From Candidatus Woesearchaeota archaeon (GTDB lineage: Archaea > Nanobdellota > Nanobdellia > Woesearchaeales > UBA10216): 42,278 nucleotides of DNA. A program made the position numbers and the translations under genes. The stretch lies in contig JACPIJ010000068.1 in the NCBI GenBank assembly GCA_016188145.1, positions 1-42,278 on the forward strand, in the 5' to 3' direction. Below, one piece after another: positions 26,982 through 34,416 of this stretch (its first letter is position 1; each line of letters opens with the position of its first letter). The notes below the pieces were generated by a model. The model saw nothing but the letters and a program-made list of their open reading frames with translations, searched no databases and was not told the DNA's origin.

Positions 26982-28307
26982 ATGAAGCTTAAAGAACACA
27001 CAGCCAAAGCTGTAGGATACGTAGTTGGAGGTATGCCATTCATACCTACAGAAAAGAAGATAAAAATACCTGGAACAGGCTACCACCTCATAAAGCTTGC
27101 TCCGGAATGGGGTAAAAGGCACAAGATACTTTATAGGGCTTACAATTCTGCATTAACAGCTCTGCTATTCCTTTCACCAGCAATAGCTGATGGGGTAGGG
27201 AACACTGTTGCCTTATATAAGGCAGGGCAGCATAAGCTACAGCACAGCACACAAGCTCCACGAGGTGCTGGAATTGATAGGAAAGCTGCAGAAAATGGAC
27301 TGTTAACCCTTGCCGTTTACAATGTTAATTTTGGAGAAGAAGATGCTAGCCATTATAGTCGTTCAGAGCTTGAAAAATATTTGGATACTGCTTTTGGAAG
27401 GCTTGGGATAGGCATAAATGTAGAATACCTCGATGTTAATCCTAGACAAGAGTGGGAGGTAAGACTTAGGGAAGTGTACACCGATGAGGAAATGAAAACT
27501 CCTAAGCTTCAACAAAAATTACAAGGGTTTCCAGCAGAGTTTGAAAAGTTTGTAAGGAACACAGAAATTAATAAGCCTCTTGAAACGCCTGATGAAAAAT
27601 TTATGAATGCAGGAAAACCGACCACAGAACCACAGTTGGTTGTTGCCATCTACTTGGAGGATCTGCTTGGATCAAAATTCTTCGAAATGCCTGGCACGAT
27701 AGTCGCAGGGACCTCTGGAATAGTAAACGCCCCAAGAGCTGATGTGAGTATTGTAATAGCAGATTTCAAAGATGGCAGTGCTAGTGGTACTGCGCATAAC
27801 TACTCAAACACTGTATTCGGCGAACCATACGTTTTAGTAGACAAAAGGCATTCAAATAAGACAATAGACCAAAAAAGCTTGAAAGCATTATTAGCCCATG
27901 AAACTGGTCATAAAATAGGATTGGACCATTCCTCATTCTGGCCCCTGGATGTAATGAGTTATGCGCCTATATCCGGATGGTTTATCGAAAGAGTCCCGCA
28001 ACTTGCGTTTGGACCAGAAAGTTGGTTTGAATGGAGAGGCATAAAAGGACACTACACTGCTGATGAAAGATCAGCAAATCATAATTCGCAAGCTATCGAT
28101 TCAGAATTAGATGATAAGATGTTCGTTCAGAAGAGTGGGTTATGGGTTCCGGCGAATGACAGCTTTACCCCTGCTTTTGAAGATGGGAAAAGCAAAACCA
28201 GCTTATTGATACCTAATAGAGGTCTTGAACGAACACTAAAACTTCATCCAGATTTGGACACGCCTGTTTATAGAAAAACATATTTACAACAGATTACTCA
28301 AAATTGA
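26982..28307 (+). CDS. Metzincin-type zinc metalloprotease
   Basis: HETGHKIGLDH (HExxHxxGxxH) followed by Met-turn DVMSY; N-terminal hydrophobic segment. Confidence 0.85.
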   Translation: MKLKEHTAKAVGYVVGGMPFIPTEKKIKIPGTGYHLIKLAPEWGKRHKILYRAYNSALTALLFLSPAIADGVGNTVALYKAGQHKLQHSTQAPRGAGIDRKAAENGLLTLAVYNVNFGEEDASHYSRSELEKYLDTAFGRLGIGINVEYLDVNPRQEWEVRLREVYTDEEMKTPKLQQKLQGFPAEFEKFVRNTEINKPLETPDEKFMNAGKPTTEPQLVVAIYLEDLLGSKFFEMPGTIVAGTSGIVNAPRADVSIVIADFKDGSASGTAHNYSNTVFGEPYVLVDKRHSNKTIDQKSLKALLAHETGHKIGLDHSSFWPLDVMSYAPISGWFIERVPQLAFGPESWFEWRGIKGHYTADERSANHNSQAIDSELDDKMFVQKSGLWVPANDSFTPAFEDGKSKTSLLIPNRGLERTLKLHPDLDTPVYRKTYLQQITQN

Positions 28308-29100
28308 ACGCTCCCCAACCCTAAAGGGTGGGGATTCTTTTGATAACGACTGATTTTGGCGTGGCGAGCCTCATGCTATCACCTTGGGTGTCGGCACTGA
28401 ATGAAATAAGGGGCTGCTGACCCTTATAATCCCCTTCCGCCTTCGCCCCTCGTCAAGCCCTCTGAGGGCTCGCCGTATCTGGCTCGGCGGTAAATGTTTG
28501 CAGTTGCTGCTGCACGTCATCGATGACGATAATGCCGTGATGCTGCTGTTGTGAGCGAGCATACGCTTCTGCCTGCTCAAAATCTTTACCGATACTCTGG
28601 TGGTGCTCGTAGCCGCTCCAGAACCGGCCATCAGGGTAACGCTTTCTGAAGCCCGGGTGCTCGGCAAATATGCGTTTTGCCGAGTGGCTTTTCAGCATAA
28701 TCTCAGCAACCATTACAGAATACTTTTTCGGCACGTTCGCGTCAAAGTGAACGTGCGTTCCTCCAAAACCTATCGTTCCGAACTGTAAGCCGAAAGCTTC
28801 CAGTTCCTTAAAGCCTGAAGTGCAGGAGTTTATCGTGCTCTGTTTCCTGAAGCAGTTGTAACGCTTATGCGTTACAAACATGAACTGCATCCAGTTGTTT
28901 CGGGTGTCGCCCGAAACTTTTTTATAGCTCACGCTACTAAAAACTGCCATTTCACATCACCTTTTGAAAGGTTAGTCAAAGCCCGCACGGCAAATGCGGG
29001 CTTTGCTTTTACTCCAAAAGGCGATTACTCAAGAAAAAGCTTACTGCCAATTCATCTGCGGGTCTTCGCTGCTGCTCAGACCACGCAGAATTCTTGGCAA
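28304..29100 (-). mobile_element. IS200/IS605-type element carrying tnpA only; left boundary approximate
   Basis: Minus-strand right end GAATCCCCACCCTTTAGGGTTGGGGAGCGTTCAA (subterminal hairpin plus TCAA); hairpins upstream of tnpA. Confidence 0.65.
28453..28950 (-). CDS. tnpA: IS200/IS605-family HUH (Y1) transposase
   Basis: FVTHKRY, HUH motif THVHF, LKSHSAKRI, FWSGY, catalytic YARSQ. Confidence 0.88.
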   Translation of the reverse strand: MAVFSSVSYKKVSGDTRNNWMQFMFVTHKRYNCFRKQSTINSCTSGFKELEAFGLQFGTIGFGGTHVHFDANVPKKYSVMVAEIMLKSHSAKRIFAEHPGFRKRYPDGRFWSGYEHHQSIGKDFEQAEAYARSQQQHHGIIVIDDVQQQLQTFTAEPDTASPQRA

Positions 29101-29154
29101 AACTTTAATAAGCATTCGACCTGAAAAGCAGCATAAAATTAGACAAATGAAAAG

Positions 29155-29288
29155 TGCCCCGTCCGGGATTTGAACCCGGGTCCCGGCCTTTCTCCACGTT
29201 TTATGGATTTTTTGGTCGAGCTTTTTTGCCGCGCCAAAAAAGGTCGTGCGAAAGGGCCGTGTCCTTGACCGGACTGAACGAACGGGGC
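29155..29288 (-). tRNA. tRNA-Glu(TTC) with 59-nt intron at 37/38 (29190-29248)
   Basis: GCCCCGT/ACGGGGC-A, CGGCC/GGCCG, CCGGG-TTCAAAT-CCCGG; BHB helix CTTT/GGAG. Confidence 0.9.
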
Positions 29289-29357
29289 ATGACCCCTTTA
29301 GAAAAGCGGTCAATCGGAAAACTGACCTCCTTCTGAAAAGGGTTTATCAAAAAACGA
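29289..29357 (+). repeat. Dispersed repeat in the tRNA-Glu 5' leader
   Basis: TGACCCCTTT..AAAGCGGTCAATCGGAAAAC, near-identical to 34303-34336. Confidence 0.7.
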
Positions 29358-29397
29358 GTTAGAAGTTGTTTTTAAAGGTTTGCTGTTTAAATGACCG

Positions 29398-29961
29398 CTA
29401 TTTTTTCACGTACGCCTTCGTGATGGCAACGTCCTCAACAGGCCAATCAGAGTTGCCTCCCCTGTTGCCGGTCTCTACAGCCGCTATGGCGTTTACAACT
29501 TCCATGCCGCTCACTACCTTTCCGAATACAGCGTAGCCATCGTTGCCCGGCGCGGAGTTCAGGAAGTCGTTGTTTGCCACGTTTATGAAGAACTGGCTCG
29601 TTGCGCTGTCAGGGACTGACGTGCGAGCCATGGCTATTGTTCCTATGTTGTTCTTAATGCCGTTATTAGACTCAAGCTTTATCGGCCCTCTGGTTGGCTT
29701 CTGGGTGCCGTCAGGCGTAAAACCGCCTCCCTGTATCATGAATCCTGGAATTACGCGGTGGAAAACAGTGCCGTCATAATGCCCTTCATTGACGTATGCG
29801 AGAAAGTTTGTAACAGTAACAGGCGCCTGCTGAGGGTATAGTTCTATTTCTATTGTGCCTTTTGTCGTTTCAAGGATCACTTGCGGATTCATTTTGACAT
29901 CCTTATTTGAACAGCTTGCTGCTAATATTGCAATTACAATTGTTAATAAAATTGCTCGCAT
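29398..29961 (-). CDS. Cyclophilin-type peptidyl-prolyl isomerase with lipoprotein-like signal
   Basis: FHRVIPGFMIQGGG, AMART, SQFFIN, YAVFGKV; LAASC signal. Confidence 0.93.
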   Translation of the reverse strand: MRAILLTIVIAILAASCSNKDVKMNPQVILETTKGTIEIELYPQQAPVTVTNFLAYVNEGHYDGTVFHRVIPGFMIQGGGFTPDGTQKPTRGPIKLESNNGIKNNIGTIAMARTSVPDSATSQFFINVANNDFLNSAPGNDGYAVFGKVVSGMEVVNAIAAVETGNRGGNSDWPVEDVAITKAYVKK

Positions 29962-30036
29962 TTTATACGCGGATTAGATAACTATTCTTAAAGTTGTCGC
30001 AAAAGGCTTTTAAATGAATCTTCATTATCCAACACA

Positions 30037-30810
30037 ATGGTAATAGACAGCATTGTATCTGGCATTGCTAATCTACATCTTTACCCTGATGAGAAGCGGT
30101 TTTTGCTTGGTAAAGGAACAGAGGCCTCTCTAGACGGCTTGGAAGAATTAACACGCGAGATGTTCAGGCCTCTTATCAGGGAGATTGCGAGGGTGCATGG
30201 TTGGCCTTTCAGGCAAAACTCTTTTTCTGCGATAGAATTAGGGCCTCAATTGAGACATGAGCTGATGGAGCTAGTACTAGCAAGCGGGAATAGCGTCATA
30301 GGGATTGGTGATGATTCAGCATTTGCTGCTGAAGCTCATTTAATGCCACATTTAAGGTGCGTGAAAGATTATAACGATTTCCTTAGAACGCAGCCATCAG
30401 AAAGCGTGGATATTATATATGGACGTGATTCCTTTTTACCGTATTATCTTTGGCGAAGTAACCCTGCGGCAACACCTGAAGATTATTTTGTGGAAATGGT
30501 AAGGGTGCTGAAACCTCATGGGCGAATCATTCTATATTTTGATGAAGGAATAGGCACGCTCATTGGTCACAGATTAAGCAAAGAAGAAAAAGATATGCTG
30601 CGAATGTCTCGCGATAAGGCCCCTTCAGAATTGACAGAACGTGAGTTCTTTGTAAGATTTATGAATGAGGCTCAGGATTTAGGAAGGATCGGTTTAGGGA
30701 AGGTACTACAATATCAGCATGCCTTTGAAAAAAGGCCATTAGACAGCAGGGGATTTGAATGGACAAAGAGTAAGGGCACCGGTATTGTTGAGGTTTACCA
30801 AAAAAGTTGA
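30037..30810 (+). CDS. Divergent class I SAM-methyltransferase-like protein
   Basis: IELGP, SVDIIY, EMVRVLKPHGRIIL. Confidence 0.55.
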   Translation: MVIDSIVSGIANLHLYPDEKRFLLGKGTEASLDGLEELTREMFRPLIREIARVHGWPFRQNSFSAIELGPQLRHELMELVLASGNSVIGIGDDSAFAAEAHLMPHLRCVKDYNDFLRTQPSESVDIIYGRDSFLPYYLWRSNPAATPEDYFVEMVRVLKPHGRIILYFDEGIGTLIGHRLSKEEKDMLRMSRDKAPSELTEREFFVRFMNEAQDLGRIGLGKVLQYQHAFEKRPLDSRGFEWTKSKGTGIVEVYQKS

Positions 30811-30821
30811 GATAAACCGCT

Positions 30822-31910
30822 TCAATCCGGAAAGTATTCGCTGACCAGCTTTTGGCTGCTGCTTTTCTGCTCCAGGTGAGCCATCCTTATCCCAACCTGC
30901 CTTAACTTTCTCTTATCGCTGAAGAACGGCTGCAGCAGCTGTTTTGCAACTTTTCTAATTGTGTTGATGTCTGCTGTTGCCTCGCTTAGCGTCTTTTCTT
31001 TTGTGTGCGTTTCAAAGTCCTCAAATCTCACCCGTATGCCAACGGTTCTGCAACAAAAATTGTTCGCTGCAAGAGCGTTGTGGGCGTCTTCAAGCATCTC
31101 GTCAATGGCTGCGAAGATGAGTTGCTCGTCCTTAGTGTCCTCTTCAAAGGTGAAGTTCCGGTTTATTGACTTTATTTCGTAGTTTTCCTCGACCACACTG
31201 TTGTCAATGCCGTTGGCTGCTTCGTGGAGGTAAAGGCCGTATTTGCCAAATTCTTTGTGGAGGAAGTCTTCCGGCAAAGCGGCTAGCTCGCCGATTGTGT
31301 TGATGCCCATCCCTTTCAGAACTGCCTCCGTCTTCTCACCAACGCCGATAAGCTTCCGCACAAGCAGCGGCGACAGGAACTCTTTTTCTTTTTCCGGTTC
31401 CACTATTGTGAAACCACCTGGTTTCTTGAAGTCTGACGCAATCTTCGCAACGAGCTTGTTTGAGGCAATGCCTATGCTGCAGCTCAGCTTTTCCTTTTCG
31501 CCAATTTCGTTTTTTATTGCGGCTGCGAATTTTTCTATTTCGCTTTTATCGCCGCTGCTAACCTTTGCAGTTACGTCAATGAATGCTTCATCAATGCTGA
31601 CCTGCTCGAATTTGTCGCTGTAGCTGCGGAGAATATTCATTACAGCTTCGGATGCTGCGGTATAGAGGGGAAAGTTTGGCGGCGTGTATATTGCGGTTGG
31701 GCAAAGCCTGTACGCTTTTGAGATTGGCATTGCTGACTTTATGCCGAACTTTCGCCCTTCGTAGCTGCAGGTCATTACAACGCCACGGCCTTTGCCTCCC
31801 TTGGGGTCTGCGCCAACGACCACAGGCTTTCCCATCCATTCCGGATGCTCGCGCTGCTCAACTGCAGCGTAGAAGGCGTCAAGGTCTATGTGCATTATGG
31901 TGCGTTGCAT
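30822..31910 (-). CDS. dinB: DNA polymerase IV (Y family)
   Basis: HIDLDAFYAAVE, SYEGR, SIDEAFID, AKIASDFKKP. Confidence 0.95.
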   Translation of the reverse strand: MQRTIMHIDLDAFYAAVEQREHPEWMGKPVVVGADPKGGKGRGVVMTCSYEGRKFGIKSAMPISKAYRLCPTAIYTPPNFPLYTAASEAVMNILRSYSDKFEQVSIDEAFIDVTAKVSSGDKSEIEKFAAAIKNEIGEKEKLSCSIGIASNKLVAKIASDFKKPGGFTIVEPEKEKEFLSPLLVRKLIGVGEKTEAVLKGMGINTIGELAALPEDFLHKEFGKYGLYLHEAANGIDNSVVEENYEIKSINRNFTFEEDTKDEQLIFAAIDEMLEDAHNALAANNFCCRTVGIRVRFEDFETHTKEKTLSEATADINTIRKVAKQLLQPFFSDKRKLRQVGIRMAHLEQKSSSQKLVSEYFPD

Positions 31911-31978
31911 ATATAATGGCTTTGGCTGCAATGGTTAAAAATGTTTATAAAAATAAAAAAAGAAAAAGGGCTTTTCAA

Positions 31979-32158
31979 TCAGAACTTTTTGTGCTTCTGG
32001 TAGCAGTCCCTGCAGTAGACAGGCTTTCCTTCCGCAGGCTTGAATGGCACTTCGCATTCCTGGCTGCATTCTGAACATACTGCCTTGTGCATCTCTCTTG
32101 GCCCGAAGCCGCCTCCCCTGAAGCCGCCACCGCCACCTGACCTTTCTCCATATCCCAT
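31979..32158 (-). CDS. CxxC-x17-CxxC zinc-ribbon protein (59 aa, not in the ORF track)
   Basis: MGYGERSGGGGGFRGGGFGPREMHKAVCSECSQECEVPFKPAEGKPVYCRDCYQKHKKF; GGTGA RBS. Confidence 0.9.
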   Translation of the reverse strand: MGYGERSGGGGGFRGGGFGPREMHKAVCSECSQECEVPFKPAEGKPVYCRDCYQKHKKF

Positions 32159-32311
32159 TTGCTTTTCACCTTCTGATGCTTTCTAATGCTCTTAGTACAC
32201 GCCCGGGTTTCTCCTGATTTTGAAGAACCAGCCGTATACTGTGACTGCGACTTTTGGCCAGTATATAAAGGTAACCAATTTATACCCATGTGCTCTCTGC
32301 TGCCGGTTAGC

Positions 32312-33523
32312 ATGTCAATAAGCCTGTGCATGATTGTGAAAAATGAGGCAGAGTTCATTGAGAGGTGCATCAATTCAGTTAAAGGGCTGGTTGACCAGAT
32401 CGTTGTTGTGGATACAGGCAGCAGCGATAACACTGTCGAGATTGCCAAAAGGCTTGGCGCTGAGGTCTATTTTTTTGAGTGGAATGACGATACCTCTGCA
32501 GCGAGGAATGAAAGCTTGAAACATGCAACCGGAGACTGGATTCTTGTTTTGGACGCTGACGAAACTATCTCTGGCAGCGACTTCGACAAGATACGAAAGT
32601 TAGCCGCTGATGCCGAATATGACGGCTACGCTCTTGTGCAAAGAAACTACACTAATGACACCTACCGCGAGGATTTTCTTTGGGCACTAAACGATGCCTA
32701 CGAGGAAAGCAGAGGGTTTACAGGCTGGGTTCCAAGGCTGATAGTGAGACTTTTCAGGAACAAGCCGGAAATAAAGTTTGAGGGTGTAGCACATGAGCTG
32801 GTTGAGCCGGCTATTGAGAGAACCGGAAGCAAGTATGCGGTTGCTGATGTTCCCATCCACCACTTTAAGGAAAAGAAGTCTGCAAACTACCTCAGGGCTA
32901 AGCCTGAGCATTACCGCAGGATAGGGGAGAAAAAGCTCGCTGCAGAGCCTAACAATCCAAGAGCATGGCACGAGATGGGTACAGTGGAAAGAGAAGCGGA
33001 AAACTTTGCGAAAGCTAAGGAGTATTTTGAGAAAGCCGTCGGGCTTGATGGCAGGTTTGTTGAAGCATGGCATAGCTTAGGCGTTTGCTGCAGCAAACTC
33101 GGCGATACGGACGGGGCAATTGCTGCTTTTAAAAAAGCTATTGGCCTGAATCCGCATTACCCAACGCCTTATTTCAGCTTGGGTGTAGCTTACCACAGGA
33201 AAGGCATGCTTAATGCAGCCAGGGACATTATAGTCGAGGGGATGAAAAGGAACCCGAACGACTTCAACGCCATGACAAATCTCGGGGCAATTTATGAGCA
33301 GGGCGGCAATCCGGAAAAGGCTGTTGAGGTTCTGCAGCATGTAGTGGGCATTGACAACAGCAACTGCAGGGCATTCTACAATTTAGGCGTTGCGCTGGAA
33401 AAATCAAACAGGCATAAAGAAGCAGCAGAAGCTTATGAGAAAGCAGCTGAGCTTAATTACGCGAAAAAAGCTGAAGCTTTGAGAAGGGCACAGGTTCTGA
33501 GAAGTCTAAGCACGGGAAAATAA
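32312..33523 (+). CDS. GT2 glycosyltransferase with C-terminal TPRs
   Basis: SLCMIVKNE, VDTGSSD, LDADE, RLFRN...HE; TPR repeats. Confidence 0.92.
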   Translation: MSISLCMIVKNEAEFIERCINSVKGLVDQIVVVDTGSSDNTVEIAKRLGAEVYFFEWNDDTSAARNESLKHATGDWILVLDADETISGSDFDKIRKLAADAEYDGYALVQRNYTNDTYREDFLWALNDAYEESRGFTGWVPRLIVRLFRNKPEIKFEGVAHELVEPAIERTGSKYAVADVPIHHFKEKKSANYLRAKPEHYRRIGEKKLAAEPNNPRAWHEMGTVEREAENFAKAKEYFEKAVGLDGRFVEAWHSLGVCCSKLGDTDGAIAAFKKAIGLNPHYPTPYFSLGVAYHRKGMLNAARDIIVEGMKRNPNDFNAMTNLGAIYEQGGNPEKAVEVLQHVVGIDNSNCRAFYNLGVALEKSNRHKEAAEAYEKAAELNYAKKAEALRRAQVLRSLSTGK

Positions 33524-33535
33524 AGCGCCCAATGC

Positions 33536-33877
33536 CTATGTAAATCCTTTTGGGCCGATAACCTTTAGAATTTGCTTGATCTCGTTTATTGTTTCCTGCT
33601 GGTGTTTCTTGTCTGACATCCTGACAAACCGTATCAGTAAGTCGGTTAATTCTTCCTCTATCAGGCACTTGAGCTTAAAACCATCGGTAATGAAATAAAA
33701 CCTAAACGTGCCATATCTCAGTTCTTTAATGACAATGCCACCAACCGTTCCGAGCAGTTTCCCTTTTTGGGGTGACTGCTCGAGTGTTTGCATCAAATCT
33801 ACAATCTTAAATGCTTCTTGCTTGAATTTTCTTTCAATCTCTTGGTAGAGGGTTTCAGTTATCTCTACTTTGACCAT
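33536..33877 (-). CDS. RelE-like toxin
   Basis: LEQSPQKGK...IKELR...FRFYF; overlaps the antitoxin stop. Confidence 0.6.
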   Translation of the reverse strand: MVKVEITETLYQEIERKFKQEAFKIVDLMQTLEQSPQKGKLLGTVGGIVIKELRYGTFRFYFITDGFKLKCLIEEELTDLLIRFVRMSDKKHQQETINEIKQILKVIGPKGFT

Positions 33878-34068
33878 CGTTTTGCAAGTCTTTTTCTGGC
33901 TTCATCCAAAGAAAGGGTGTTTTCAGATGACATTAGAAATTCCCGGAGTTGCTCTTTTACTGCAAGGCGGCACATTCTTTTAAGAATGTCTTCGTAAGTG
34001 TCTTCCTTGGTTCCGAAGGTTCCTATAAGTGCCTTTGTATCTTCGCTCAGCTGGATAGTGGTTGTCAT
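33865..34068 (-). CDS. RHH-like antitoxin
   Basis: MTTTIQLSEDTK..I......DTYEDILKR...SLDEARKRL. Confidence 0.65.
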   Translation of the reverse strand: MTTTIQLSEDTKALIGTFGTKEDTYEDILKRMCRLAVKEQLREFLMSSENTLSLDEARKRLAKRWSK

Positions 34069-34119
34069 ACTATGGTCGCTATAGCAGCTATAGTATATAA
34101 ATTTTATGGAAATAATAAG

Positions 34120-34302
34120 CGCCGGGACTGGGACTTTCACAGCCGTTTTCCCCCAGGGCTTTTGTGAGCCGCTGCGAACAAAAGGGCTGATTTGAACCCA
34201 GACACCCTTGCGGGAACAAGCTCTCGCAATGCTCTTCACATATTCCAGGCCTACGCTAAGCCTTCAGCTTATTTGCGCAATACCAGGTTATGCGATCCCG
34301 GC
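34120..34302 (-). tRNA. tRNA-Ser(GGA, most parsimonious) with three introns: 29/30 (34251-34272), 37/38 (34223-34242), 59/60 (34134-34190)
   Basis: GCCGGGA/TCCCGGC-G; removing 22+20+57 nt gives an 84-nt cloverleaf with variable arm; clear BHBs at 29/30 and 59/60. Confidence 0.82.
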
Positions 34303-34373
34303 ATGACCCCTTTAAGAAAGCGGTCAATCGGAAAACGACTGACTCCTCTTAGAAAGGTCAATTGAAAAGAACT
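34303..34373 (+). repeat. Dispersed repeat in the tRNA-Ser 5' leader
   Basis: Near-identical to the tRNA-Glu leader repeat; ends AAAGGTCAATTGAAAA. Confidence 0.7.
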
Positions 34374-34416
34374 CAGTGCTGATTTATAAATCTGTTGCAG
34401 AAAAACAGAACTCGCA

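Larger units (their letters stand above)
24857..29165. mobile_element. Putative tRNA-Glu-integrated island remnant
   Basis: 13-nt direct repeat AGTGCCCCGTCCG at 24857-24869 and 29153-29165 (tRNA 3' end); AT-richer accessory cargo; no integrase. Confidence 0.55.

Noticed and set aside
31975..32448. 157-aa minus-strand ORF in the track
   Set aside because: Wrong frame; the recognisable gene is the 59-aa CxxC-x17-CxxC protein at 31979-32158.
13486..34373. Dispersed repeats as a CRISPR array
   Set aside because: Not regularly spaced, no identical repeat-spacer units, no cas genes seen.
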